The notes under the pieces: model-generated
The model's input: the letters and a program-made list of their open reading frames with translations, nothing else
The model's database searches: none
What the model was told of the DNA's origin: nothing
Source of the DNA: Clostridia bacterium
Lineage (GTDB): Bacteria; Bacillota; Clostridia; UBA1212; DUPL01
Assembly (NCBI GenBank): GCA_050951325.1
Contig: JBMNIW010000012.1
Span: 160,001-224,000, forward strand
DNA: 64,000 nucleotides
Direction: 5' to 3'
Position numbers and translations under genes: made by a program
Part shown: one piece after another, positions 9,083-19,151 of the stretch
Layout of the letters: the number at the start of each line of letters is the position of its first letter
Position numbering within the stretch: position 1 is the stretch's first letter

Positions 9083-9769
9083 CTATTTGTCAATGTCCAG
9101 GAATAAGCTGGGGTCAACCTTTTTGCCATTCTGAACTACTTCAAAATGTAGATGAGCACCGTCTGCTTGTTCGATGAAAGCACCTGTTCCGAGCTTTCCT
9201 ATGACATCTCCAGCGGATACAGTGCTGCCAACTGTGACTTCACTATTCACAGCAAGTCCACTATAAACTGTTTTCAGATCATTGCCGTGATCTACGATAA
9301 TGGTCAGACCATAATGTGGATCTGTCTTGATATCGGCAATGGTTCCGTCATAGGCACTTTTAACCTCTGCACCAACCTCTCCGGCTATATCAATTGCAGG
9401 ATGTGTTCTCCACTCTTTTAATGTTTTGTTGTACACAAGCCTGTCTATAGCATAGCCTGTCTTAACATCACCATCCAGAGGCATTGTCATCTTCACTACA
9501 TTTGGTGAAGTACTAGGTGATGGGCTGGGTTTTTCCGTCTTAGGATTGTTTACTGGGTCGCCCCCACTCGGTACTTCTGTAGCTGTGCTGGAAGATGGTG
9601 TCTTGGTGACTGTAGGCGCAGGTGTTGATGAAGGTTTTGCAACAACAGGATCGTTATTATCTGTCCTATCTTTTAATACAAATATTCCTCCTACGCAAAG
9701 TGCCACTACACAGCCAAGCAATACTATATAATATGCTTTAGATTTCAAAAAATTTTTCATGTATATCAA
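9083..9769 (-). CDS. spoIIQ: M23/LytM peptidase, SpoIIQ-like
   Basis: N-terminal transmembrane segment, Pro/Thr/Ser linker, HPAID and HLHFE motifs; canonical sigF promoter; spoIID nearby. Confidence 0.75.
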   Translation of the reverse strand: MIYMKNFLKSKAYYIVLLGCVVALCVGGIFVLKDRTDNNDPVVAKPSSTPAPTVTKTPSSSTATEVPSGGDPVNNPKTEKPSPSPSTSPNVVKMTMPLDGDVKTGYAIDRLVYNKTLKEWRTHPAIDIAGEVGAEVKSAYDGTIADIKTDPHYGLTIIVDHGNDLKTVYSGLAVNSEVTVGSTVSAGDVIGKLGTGAFIEQADGAHLHFEVVQNGKKVDPSLFLDIDK

Positions 9770-9780
9770 CCTCCATAGTT

Positions 9781-9810
9781 AATTGTTTCCTTATAACTGG
9801 TAACTTATAC
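9781..9810 (-). promoter_or_regulatory. sigF promoter of spoIIQ-like gene
   Basis: GTATA-N15-GGAAACAATT. Confidence 0.75.
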
Positions 9811-10054
9811 AATTAAGGTGGAAAATTATACAATTATTTTTGAAGAGATTTACAGTTACATAAAAAGGCACTAATTACTAGCCATTCGACTCGGACCAAT
9901 TATCTAAATATTTTTTGAAATCGTCGAAATTCGACACGGAAATACCGGGAAATATGATATGCTAATTTTGCTTCTCTTAAAACGAGGCAACATGTGCAGT
10001 TTACATGGAATAAACACCTATCACGAAGCAAAAAAAATAACAGGAGGCTGCAAA

Positions 10055-11020
10055 TTGCGACGTCAAAAAAGTGTGTTTCATGAAACGTATCATATTGTTA
10101 ACAGAGGCTTTGGCGGTATAAATATTTTTAGAAATGACAAAGACAAGGACAAATACCTTGACTTGCTTGCAAAAGGAGCTGAAAAGTACAGTGTGGATAT
10201 TATTGCCTATTGTCTTATGGACAACCACTACCACTTGTGTGTCAGCTCCAGAAATGAAGAGTATGCAGATATATCAAGTTTTCTTAGATATGCAAATTCT
10301 CAATATGTAAGATACTTCAACAAAACAAGCGAGCCCGATGAAGAAGGAGATCCGAGAGCGGGTTCCCTATTCGGAACACCCTACAAGGCAGTTCCTGTCA
10401 ACGACGAGTTTCAATTGGAAGCGTTGATTGCATACATACACAACAACCCTGCACCCATGGGTGTTGATGTAAAAGAATACAAATACAGCAGTTATCACAG
10501 ATATCTTAACGTGGCAAGTGGGAGGAAAACTGCAGAAGAAGAGAATGAAAAAGGGCTTGTTCTTAAGTTTTCTTTAATTAAAAATTATACTGAAGATGAA
10601 CTAATAGAGCTAACAAAGAAAAGCAGCAAGTACAAATTTTGCGAAGGCAAGGAGAGTTACATCGGGAAGAACTACATTACCGATGAACTTCTAACAGACG
10701 AGATTGAGTATTATTATGAAATGAGTATAAGTGAAATAAACAAGTTAAAAGGCGAAGAAAAATCGGAAATTCTCTATGCAATAAGTAAGATGCCAGGCGT
10801 GTCAAAAAAGCAAATAGCAAGAGTGTTTTCTATTGATTATCATTATCTGTGCAGGATCTTAAGAGTTTATGCACAAAAGGTTTCCAAGCGTGCTACCCCG
10901 ATACCAGCTGGTCTAAAAGAAGCTTTTGTAAAGGATACAACCAAAAAGGACAACCACACTAGTGGGACAATTATCCATGGCATGCTGGGTCACAAGAGCG
11001 GATCAAAGAGGTCACCATAA
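10055..11020 (+). CDS. Y1/HUH transposase of the REP-associated (RAYT-like) type with C-terminal HTH
   Basis: YHIVNRG, IAYCLMDNHYHL (HUH), YVRYFNK, GSLF and YIHNNP (catalytic Tyr). In-frame TTG 10055 follows AGGAGG; the ORF track start is 9959. Confidence 0.85.
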   Translation: MRRQKSVFHETYHIVNRGFGGINIFRNDKDKDKYLDLLAKGAEKYSVDIIAYCLMDNHYHLCVSSRNEEYADISSFLRYANSQYVRYFNKTSEPDEEGDPRAGSLFGTPYKAVPVNDEFQLEALIAYIHNNPAPMGVDVKEYKYSSYHRYLNVASGRKTAEEENEKGLVLKFSLIKNYTEDELIELTKKSSKYKFCEGKESYIGKNYITDELLTDEIEYYYEMSISEINKLKGEEKSEILYAISKMPGVSKKQIARVFSIDYHYLCRILRVYAQKVSKRATPIPAGLKEAFVKDTTKKDNHTSGTIIHGMLGHKSGSKRSP

Positions 11021-11131
11021 ATTAAGCATATTAGAATCAGGCGGAGGTGATAGTTAATTATAGTCTTGAAATAATTATGAAAATAATATAGATTAATGGC
11101 ATTAATGCTTATAGCAGGAAGGATATTATAT

Positions 11132-12040
11132 GTGCAACATGTGATTAAAGATGGTGTTTGGGTAACAATGATTACCCCCTTCGACAAACAGGGAAGAATA
11201 GATTATGCCGCAGTCAAGAATTTGATAGAATGGTATATATCGAAAGGTGTTGCAGGCTTGTTCGCCATATGCCAGTCAAGCGAAATGTTCTTCTTAAGTT
11301 TTAAAGAGCGTATTGAACTTGCTTCATTTGTAATACAACATGTGAATGGAAGAATAGGAGTTGTAATATCTGGACATGTGGAAGAATCGTTTCAAAAACA
11401 ACTGGAAGAGCTTAAAGTTTTGGCTGATCTTAAGCCTGACGCTTTGGTATTGGTGAGCAACCGTTTGAAGGATGATAATGATTGTATTATAGAAAATTTA
11501 AAAAGAATAGAGGAGTCGCTGCCTGATAACATCCCTCTAGGGATGTATGAGTGTCCGTATCCGGACAAAAGGCTTATTAAGTATGAAGAATTAAAATACA
11601 TGATCAATTCTAGGAGGTATCTATTCTTAAAGGACACATGTTGTGATATAAGCATTATAAAAAGCAGGTTGGAAATAATAAAGGGAAGCACTTTCAAGCT
11701 GTTCAACGCAAACACTGCGACATTGCATGATTCTATCATTATGGGCTGTAACGGGTATTGCGGCATAATGTCTAATTTTCATCCTGAATTGTATGCCTGG
11801 TTGTATAATAATCCAAGGGATGAAAAAGCAAGCAGCTTATCCAGCATTTTAAGTGTCATGTCACTTATAGAAGAGCATGGATATCCGCATTGTGCAAAAA
11901 GATACTTGAGAAATTATGAGAATATTAATATGACCGACATATGCAGAACTACCTTAAAGAATATCACACCCTCACTTGACCAGGAACTTGATGCGATACA
12001 CGAATTGACAAATTTAATGCATAATCATATAAATATATAA
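11132..12040 (+). CDS. Dihydrodipicolinate synthase / class I aldolase family protein
   Basis: MITPFD, CQSSEM, GMYECP and Schiff-base LKDT; probable GTG start 11132. Confidence 0.85.
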   Translation: MQHVIKDGVWVTMITPFDKQGRIDYAAVKNLIEWYISKGVAGLFAICQSSEMFFLSFKERIELASFVIQHVNGRIGVVISGHVEESFQKQLEELKVLADLKPDALVLVSNRLKDDNDCIIENLKRIEESLPDNIPLGMYECPYPDKRLIKYEELKYMINSRRYLFLKDTCCDISIIKSRLEIIKGSTFKLFNANTATLHDSIIMGCNGYCGIMSNFHPELYAWLYNNPRDEKASSLSSILSVMSLIEEHGYPHCAKRYLRNYENINMTDICRTTLKNITPSLDQELDAIHELTNLMHNHINI

Positions 12041-12054
12041 AACCAGGTGATACA

Positions 12055-13371
12055 ATGCGAGGCTACAACAATTGGAGTTTCAAGCCCTACATACCGTATG
12101 ACAAAAAGTCTACAGGACCATATATTTGCCGGCTTGAACCAGGAGAAGACTACATATGTGGTGAATGGTTTGATCTGAGAGACCATGGTGAACACATACT
12201 GCATTATTTTGAGTCAGGAAAAGACGAAGTAAAATCCTTTCATCTTAGTAATAATTGTTTTACTATTAAAAACCTTAAGCCGGACACTGAATATGGAATA
12301 TTCATACAGGGAAAGGATAGAAGCAATATTAGATTGGCAAGGACAGGATATGTACCAGGCAAGGTTGTCAGTTATCTGCATTACATGGACACCCAATATG
12401 ATTTTTCAGGTCACAGTCTTTGCAGCCCATCAATATTGAGACTACCAAATGGCTCTCTGCTTGCTTCCAACGATTATTACAAAGCAAAGAGCCCGCAGAA
12501 TCTGACATCCATTTTTCGCTCCGATAATAACGGCAAAAGCTGGTATTATGTCACTGATTTGTATCCATGCTTCTGGGGCAAGCTGTTCTATCACAAAGAC
12601 AGCGTATATATGTTGGCAACTGCAAATGAATACGGCGACTTGTTAATTGGAAAGTCCGATGACGAGGGAAGAACCTGGACTACCCCGACAGTTATATTAA
12701 GAGGCTCAAACAGTTGCTTTGAGAGTGGCTTTCACAAAGCACCAAATAATATAGTAAGGGCATATGGAAGGCTATGGACTAGCATTGATTACGGGTCGTG
12801 GGTAAGAAAAAGCTTTAGCAATTCCATTTTCTCAATCGATGAGAATGCAGATTTATTGCAAGCTGAAAACTGGTGCTGTACCGGCTTTTTAAAGCATGAC
12901 CCCCATTGGGAAAATGCCGAAGATATTCCCGGAGCTATTGAAGGCAATATAGTTGTAGCTCCAGACGGCTCTATTGTAAACATGTTAAGGTACTGCAAGA
13001 ACAAAGCGTTAATGCTAATAATTGATTCTGATAAACCTGAGGAGTTGCCAAGATTCCACAGAATTATTGACTTTCCCCTGGGGCATTCCAAATTTGAAAT
13101 AATTCAGAAAGGAAGCAAATACTACGCTGTAGGTAACAGGCTGCCTCTAAGAACAATATTGTCCTTGTATGTATCAGAAGACCTTTATAATTGGGATTAT
13201 GTTATGGATCTGATAAACTATGAAGAATTGCCACCCTCAAAGGTTGGTTTCCAATATCCTTCTGCATTTATTGAAAACGATATTTTATATGTTCTTTTAA
13301 GAACAGGTTTTAATCATGCTTACAACTATCACGACGCCAATTACATAACATTTCACAAATACAATGTATAG
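12055..13371 (+). CDS. Sialidase-like BNR/Asp-box beta-propeller protein with N-terminal FN3-like segment
   Basis: Asp boxes SDNNGKSW, SDDEGRTW and SEDLYNW; FQYPS near the C-terminus. Confidence 0.75.
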   Translation: MRGYNNWSFKPYIPYDKKSTGPYICRLEPGEDYICGEWFDLRDHGEHILHYFESGKDEVKSFHLSNNCFTIKNLKPDTEYGIFIQGKDRSNIRLARTGYVPGKVVSYLHYMDTQYDFSGHSLCSPSILRLPNGSLLASNDYYKAKSPQNLTSIFRSDNNGKSWYYVTDLYPCFWGKLFYHKDSVYMLATANEYGDLLIGKSDDEGRTWTTPTVILRGSNSCFESGFHKAPNNIVRAYGRLWTSIDYGSWVRKSFSNSIFSIDENADLLQAENWCCTGFLKHDPHWENAEDIPGAIEGNIVVAPDGSIVNMLRYCKNKALMLIIDSDKPEELPRFHRIIDFPLGHSKFEIIQKGSKYYAVGNRLPLRTILSLYVSEDLYNWDYVMDLINYEELPPSKVGFQYPSAFIENDILYVLLRTGFNHAYNYHDANYITFHKYNV

Positions 13372-13388
13372 CGCTCTAAAGGTAAAGG

Positions 13389-13432
13389 AAAACCGGCATG
13401 GCAGGCAAATTACGCCAAACCATGCCGGTTTT
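13389..13432. terminator. Bidirectional terminator between convergent genes
   Basis: AAAACCGGCATGG...CCATGCCGGTTTT 13-bp stem. Confidence 0.75.
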
Positions 13433-13454
13433 TCCAGGATTGATAAATGAAGTG

Positions 13455-14573
13455 CTAGTTGGAAGGTAGACCAATGCTTGTATACAATTCTCTTTCAAGT
13501 TCTACTCCGGAGTAATAGTGCTTTAATATTTCATCGTATGTTTTTCCTTCGTCAGCCATTGTAATTGCTCCTAGCTGACTCATCCCTACTCCATGTCCTG
13601 TTCCTATAGTTATTACCAATATTGTATCCTTGTTAAATTCTCTGAAAATCATGTTTGTAGATCTCAAGCCCAGTATTGAACGAGCTGCAATACCGGACAT
13701 TTCAACACCACCTATGGTAATTTTTTTCACGCGACCAGTAGGGCTTCTTTCAATACTGGTTATTGACTCCAAGACATTGTACGGTTCTGCTTTAAAGTTG
13801 TCTCCGTATGCTTTCCTGAATCTTGCTGCAAAATCACTTTTGCTGAAATATGCGAAGTTGCAGTAATAATCATTTGCCAGTTCGCCATAACTCGGTACAC
13901 TCTTTAAATACGCCAGTTTTTCATACCATACATCCTCCATGCTTTCAGTATAACCACCGCTGCTGGAAAAATACATGGCTTTTATTACTTCGCCTTCGTA
14001 GGTCATAACAATGCCCTTTGTCGACTCAACGGCCTTCTTCAGTTTGCTATACAATTCCTGACCTGTTTCCTTGCCATAGGCGGGTATTATCCCCTCGGGG
14101 TCTTTCCAAGCCTGACAGTGGGTATAGTCGGTACAAATTACTGCTCCATCTTTGTGGATATTGACACCTTCGCCGTCGTTGTAGAATTTGTACAGAGTAT
14201 AGCTCCTTGCTGCGACAGCCTGGGCTTTTAGCGCTTCAATGTTGTTTCTTAGGTTCATCTCTGCATATACGACGCCCATAATGTAGTCTTCAAGAAACAT
14301 CTCCTTGACTCTTTTTTCATTGGAGTCATACACTCTTATCAGCAAATCGTCCAGTTCATCTGTACATATACTTCCAACTGCTGTTTGTATAACATTCTCC
14401 TCTGTATTTGGCACGTTGTCCAATTGAGACCTAATAAGGCCTATTATGCTATAAAAGTTCCTGCTTGATAAAGGCATTTTGGCATTTCCTGATACGACGC
14501 TAAGTACTACAAGTGCCGACATAACTATGGATAAAACAGCAGAGGATATAATACTCCTATTAAATTTGAACAC
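13455..14573 (-). CDS. spoIID: Stage II sporulation protein D (SpoIID/LytB)
   Basis: GVVYAEM, EALKAQAVAARSY, HCQAW, YLKSV, GHGVGMSQ and ILKHYY. Confidence 0.9.
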   Translation of the reverse strand: MFKFNRSIISSAVLSIVMSALVVLSVVSGNAKMPLSSRNFYSIIGLIRSQLDNVPNTEENVIQTAVGSICTDELDDLLIRVYDSNEKRVKEMFLEDYIMGVVYAEMNLRNNIEALKAQAVAARSYTLYKFYNDGEGVNIHKDGAVICTDYTHCQAWKDPEGIIPAYGKETGQELYSKLKKAVESTKGIVMTYEGEVIKAMYFSSSGGYTESMEDVWYEKLAYLKSVPSYGELANDYYCNFAYFSKSDFAARFRKAYGDNFKAEPYNVLESITSIERSPTGRVKKITIGGVEMSGIAARSILGLRSTNMIFREFNKDTILVITIGTGHGVGMSQLGAITMADEGKTYDEILKHYYSGVELERELYTSIGLPSN

Positions 14574-14665
14574 GAGAACACCTCCATATTCATCTTTATA
14601 GGTATATTATTCCTCTGTTTTTGCCACTTTATTCAATTTAAAACTACTAATTACCAAAACTATGT

Positions 14666-15514
14666 TTAGTTATAGAATCTAAGACTTATATCCAACGCCT
14701 TTACTGAATGTGTAATCCTACCAATAGAGATTATGTCAACTCCTGTTTTTGCAACATCTACAATTCTCTGCTCATTGATATCGCCAGAAGCTTCAACCAG
14801 AGCTTTTTTGTTTATGAGTTTTACAGCCTCTGTCATCATTTCATTCGTCATATTGTCAAGCATAATGATATCTGCACCTGCATTCAATGCTTCTCGGACC
14901 ATTTCGATATTCTCGGTCTCAACTTCTATCTTGATAGTGTGCGGAATTCTGCCTCTTACCATCTCGACAGCATTTTTAATGCCACCTGCTGCAGTGATAT
15001 GGTTGTCTTTAATAAGTACTCCGTCAGAAAGAGAGAATCTGTGATTCTGTCCTCCTCCCACTCTTACGGCATATTTCTCTAAATATCTAAGACCAGGCGT
15101 TGTCTTTCTTGTATCCACAACATTCACAGGATAATCCTTTACTAACTCCACCAGTTTGCTTGTGGCACTAGCCACCCCGGAAAGCCTCTGCAAAAGGTTT
15201 AAAGCAGTTCTCTCGCCCTTTAATATTTCTCTCGTCGGACCCTCAATATGTGCAATTATGTCGCCTTTCTTTACTTTTGCTCCGTCCTGTAAACAAACCT
15301 CTATTTTTATATCTCTGCTCAGAAGCTCAAAGGTTCTGAGTGCAACGGGAACACCTGCCAGTACGCCGTCTTCCTTTGCAATCAGTCTAGCTTTTGAAAT
15401 ACTGCTTCCTGCAATTATGTTGTCTGTTGTTATATCTCCAAAGGGCATATCCTCTTCAAGAGCCGTCAAGATTACCTTATCTACCTGTTTCATGTCCAAA
15501 TATACTTCATTCAT
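14666..15514 (-). CDS. nadC: Nicotinate-nucleotide pyrophosphorylase
   Basis: DTRKTTPGLR, HRFSLSD, IKDNH and IMLDN; in an operon with nadAB. Confidence 0.97.
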   Translation of the reverse strand: MNEVYLDMKQVDKVILTALEEDMPFGDITTDNIIAGSSISKARLIAKEDGVLAGVPVALRTFELLSRDIKIEVCLQDGAKVKKGDIIAHIEGPTREILKGERTALNLLQRLSGVASATSKLVELVKDYPVNVVDTRKTTPGLRYLEKYAVRVGGGQNHRFSLSDGVLIKDNHITAAGGIKNAVEMVRGRIPHTIKIEVETENIEMVREALNAGADIIMLDNMTNEMMTEAVKLINKKALVEASGDINEQRIVDVAKTGVDIISIGRITHSVKALDISLRFYN

Positions 15515-15522
15515 AGCTACTA

Positions 15523-17139
15523 TTACTCCTCTCGTACAATATTATCCTTTGAAAATACAATATGCACCTTCCACTCGTCTTTTGTTTCCTTAAAGTCTGA
15601 TCTGTAATGGGCTCCACGGCTTTCTTCCCTCATGATAGCCGCTTTTATAACCAACTCAGCCAACAAGACCATATTCTGAAGTACATAATCGTCAAAGGTT
15701 GTGTTATTCATATCTGCAATTTCTTTCTTAATTTCAACTACCCTCTGCAGTGCTTCGTTTAAAGTATCATAGGTCCTTTCTATACCAACCAGCTCCGTCA
15801 TTGTCTGCTTTATTGAAAGAATTGCTTCTTTCGAATTATAGCCTTTATTCATCCTTTCGGTCTTTACAAAGAACCTTGCATGATGTTTTTGATTGTTTTT
15901 CTCGTTCATAAGCATTTCAGATACTTTTAAAGCTATTCTGCGTCCAAAAACTATACCTTCAAGAAGGGAATTAGACGCAAGCCTGTTTGCTCCGTGAATT
16001 CCTGTACATGCAGCTTCCCCACACGCATAATAGTTTATTATGTTTGTTTCTCCGTCCAGATTTGTCTTAATACCACCCATGCAATAATGTTCTGCTGGAG
16101 CAACCGGTATATGGTCTTTTGACATATCCATACCGTATTTTTGTAATGTGGAATAGATGTTGGGAAATCTTTTTTCGAGATAATCCTTGCCCTCATGGGT
16201 TATATCCAAATACACATTTTCAGTACCTGTTTTCTTCATCTCCATAAATATGCAGCGCGATACCACATCTCTTGGAGCAAGTTCTGCAAGTTCATGATAG
16301 TTAGGCATGAATCTTTCGCCTTTTGCATTGCGCAAAATAGCGCCTTCTCCTCTAACCGCCTCAGATATGAGAAAACTTTTGTTTTCAGGATGATACAAAA
16401 CCGTTGGATGAAACTGAACAAACTCTAGATCTTCCAGTTCACCGCCGGCTCTGAATGTAAAAGCAGCCCCATCTCCTGTGGCCACAACTGGATTCGTGGT
16501 ATAGTAGTAAAGTTGTCCATAGCCGCCTGTAGCACATATCACCGCATCGGCATAGAACACTATGGGCTTTTCTGTTTCCTCTTCCATGGCAATAAGGCCA
16601 TGGCAGGCACCATCCTTTACAAGGAGGTCCAGAGCCCAGGTTTTTTCATAGATTGTGACATTGCTTCTCTTGGTCACATTGTATATCAGCTTGTCACATA
16701 CTTCTTTACCGGTTGCATCTCCGGCATGTATTATTCTGTTCTTGCTGTGTGCACCCTCCCTGGTAAGTGCCAGTTTTCTTTTATCCTCAGGGCTTCTATC
16801 AAACTCCACTCCGTACTTGCACAATAGGTTAATATTTTCAGCTGCCTCATCAACGAGAACTCTTACACTTTCCTCATCGCACAAGCCTGCGCCTGCATAA
16901 AGGGTGTCCTGCATGTGTATGTCGGGAGAGTCGCTTTTATCAAGAGAAACTGCAATACCGCCCTGTGCAAGAACCGAGCTTGATATGTCTACTCCCTCTT
17001 TAGTAAGTATTGCTATATTGTATTTCTCCGGAATCTCCAAAGCTGTATATACTCCTGCAATTCCTCCACCAACAATTACAACGTCGTAGTACTTCTTATC
17101 AAGCTCTTCTGTATCAAAATCAATTAAATATCGATTCAT
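15523..17139 (-). CDS. nadB: L-aspartate oxidase
   Basis: GGGIAG, AQGGIA, REGAHS, QFHPT, HGANRLASNSLLE and ESRGAH. Confidence 0.97.
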   Translation of the reverse strand: MNRYLIDFDTEELDKKYYDVVIVGGGIAGVYTALEIPEKYNIAILTKEGVDISSSVLAQGGIAVSLDKSDSPDIHMQDTLYAGAGLCDEESVRVLVDEAAENINLLCKYGVEFDRSPEDKRKLALTREGAHSKNRIIHAGDATGKEVCDKLIYNVTKRSNVTIYEKTWALDLLVKDGACHGLIAMEEETEKPIVFYADAVICATGGYGQLYYYTTNPVVATGDGAAFTFRAGGELEDLEFVQFHPTVLYHPENKSFLISEAVRGEGAILRNAKGERFMPNYHELAELAPRDVVSRCIFMEMKKTGTENVYLDITHEGKDYLEKRFPNIYSTLQKYGMDMSKDHIPVAPAEHYCMGGIKTNLDGETNIINYYACGEAACTGIHGANRLASNSLLEGIVFGRRIALKVSEMLMNEKNNQKHHARFFVKTERMNKGYNSKEAILSIKQTMTELVGIERTYDTLNEALQRVVEIKKEIADMNNTTFDDYVLQNMVLLAELVIKAAIMREESRGAHYRSDFKETKDEWKVHIVFSKDNIVREE

Positions 17140-17170
17140 TATTCTTGTAGCCTTCTTTCAAGTCCTTTAG

Positions 17171-18097
17171 TTATTTTGACAGTTCAAGCATTCTGTCAAG
17201 GGCCTTTCTGGCCTTGGCAGCTACATCCTCTGGTACGTTCATTTCATAATATCCAGTCTGCAGGCATCTCAAGACACTCTCAAGCGTTGTCTTCTTCATG
17301 TTCGGACAAACCAGACCAGGTGCCATCAAATAGAAGGTTTTATCCGGATTATCCCTCATGAGTGGATGAAGAACCCCCATCTCGGTACCAATAATAAACT
17401 TCTTGTGATCGCTCTTTGTTGCGTACTCTATTATCTCCTTGGTGCTGCCAACAAAATCAGCATATTGCAGCACTTCTGGAGTACATTCTGGATGTATTAG
17501 AAGCAATGCATCAGGATGCACTTCCTTGACTTTTGCAACCTCATCAGGTTTTATTCTGTGATGGGTTGGACAGAAACCATCCCACAGAATAACCTCAACT
17601 TCAGGAATCTGCTTTGCAACGTATGCGCCAAGGTTTTTATCAGGAGCAAATATAATCTTTTTAGCATTTAAAGCCCTTACAACCTTGACTGCGTTGGATG
17701 AGGTTACAATGACATCGGATTCAGCCTTAACTTCTGCGGATGAATTAATATACGTCACAACCATTGCATCGGGATGTTTTGCTTTAAGTTTTCTAAGCCC
17801 TTCGGCATTCACCATTTGAGCCATGGGGCATCCTGCTTGTCTTTCAGGCAGTAATACAGTTTTATCGGGCGCAAGAATTTTTGCACTCTCTGCCATAAAA
17901 TCCACGCCACAGAAAACAATCATGCTTTTTTCCTGTGCTGCACAGAATTTGGCCAATGCAAAAGAGTCGCCAACCAGATCGGCTATGTCCTGAACTTCCC
18001 CAATCTGATATGTATGGGCAACTATTACTGCATCCTTTTCAATTCTCATCCTGTTTATTTCATCTATCATAGTTTGTTTGTTTAAATCTGCGTTCAT
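17171..18097 (-). CDS. nadA: Quinolinate synthase
   Basis: GDSF, FCGVDFMAE, AGCPMA, YINSSA, HPEC and CPNMK. Confidence 0.97.
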   Translation of the reverse strand: MNADLNKQTMIDEINRMRIEKDAVIVAHTYQIGEVQDIADLVGDSFALAKFCAAQEKSMIVFCGVDFMAESAKILAPDKTVLLPERQAGCPMAQMVNAEGLRKLKAKHPDAMVVTYINSSAEVKAESDVIVTSSNAVKVVRALNAKKIIFAPDKNLGAYVAKQIPEVEVILWDGFCPTHHRIKPDEVAKVKEVHPDALLLIHPECTPEVLQYADFVGSTKEIIEYATKSDHKKFIIGTEMGVLHPLMRDNPDKTFYLMAPGLVCPNMKKTTLESVLRCLQTGYYEMNVPEDVAAKARKALDRMLELSK

Positions 18098-18129
18098 TAC
18101 TCTGACCCCTTTTAAATTGAGTTCATCAT

Positions 18130-18158
18130 ATTCTAATATTTAATAATGTAAAAGTCAA
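18130..18158 (-). promoter_or_regulatory. sigA promoter of nadABC
   Basis: TTGACT-N17-TAGAAT. Confidence 0.65.
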
Positions 18159-18254
18159 TTAACAGAGTAAGAACACAAGTAAAACAGTGAATTAAGGCCA
18201 CAATAAAATCCATAATTTAACGGATATAAAAAGCGGCCAATAGCCGCAAAATAA

Positions 18255-19142
18255 TCAAATCCAGATATAACACAGTTTCTCAGGACCCTCTAGAATGTCC
18301 TTTCCAATATATACTGTGCCATCATCCTTTACCTTGTAGCTCCACTTTATCAGTGAAATTTCTCCTTCAACAATTTCTATTCCTGTAATACATCTTGAAT
18401 GCACGCAGCTTCCATCGTTGAAATACGGCAAGTCAAAACTATCCGGGAACACAGGTCTGTGGGTGTGGCCTGCTATCATAATCCTGTTTCTTTTTTTAAC
18501 CCAGTCAATCAGTTTCATTTCAACTTTATGTCTTTTGTTGCTGTTTCTTGATGTTCTTGTAGGATCTTGGATTCCTATAAGTTCAAGGGGCCTCCATATA
18601 TGTCTAACCAAGAATCTTCCTATGCGCCAAAATTTGTAGTTGAGCAAATCCGCCTGATGACCGTGTATGAGCAATATTCTTTTCCCTGTCATGGCATGCC
18701 TGAGGACAATTCCCTCATGCATGCTCAAATTGGGGAAAAGAGGCGCTTCTTGTTGAGCGCACTCGTCGAAGAAAACACTCATTTCTTTTTTTGCGTTTCT
18801 TCTTCTTTTTACAATGTCATGGTTGCCGTATATAAAGTACAGCCTGTTCTGTTTGTAAAACTCTGAAAACAGCCAAAATATATTGCTGTATGTCGCTATA
18901 ATTTCACAAATGTCCTTGTTCTCCCAAAGTTCATCGCCATCTCCCAGCTCTATGTATGTGTAGCCTTCATCAAAATATTTGGTCAGAGCATGGAAGAAAA
19001 GGTTTTGGTTTTTGGCGAAGTTATCCGCACCGTTACCATTGCCTCTGTGGCAATCACTCATGAATATGAACTTTGAGTTGTCATCAAACTCTATTTCCTT
19101 TGCTGTTTCAAATACTTTGTCAATTCTCTTTATGTAACCCAT
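18255..19142 (-). CDS. Calcineurin-like metallophosphoesterase
   Basis: SDCH, LGD, GNHD, HGH and GHTH motifs. Confidence 0.88.
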   Translation of the reverse strand: MGYIKRIDKVFETAKEIEFDDNSKFIFMSDCHRGNGNGADNFAKNQNLFFHALTKYFDEGYTYIELGDGDELWENKDICEIIATYSNIFWLFSEFYKQNRLYFIYGNHDIVKRRRNAKKEMSVFFDECAQQEAPLFPNLSMHEGIVLRHAMTGKRILLIHGHQADLLNYKFWRIGRFLVRHIWRPLELIGIQDPTRTSRNSNKRHKVEMKLIDWVKKRNRIMIAGHTHRPVFPDSFDLPYFNDGSCVHSRCITGIEIVEGEISLIKWSYKVKDDGTVYIGKDILEGPEKLCYIWI

Positions 19143-19151
19143 AGGCGCCTC

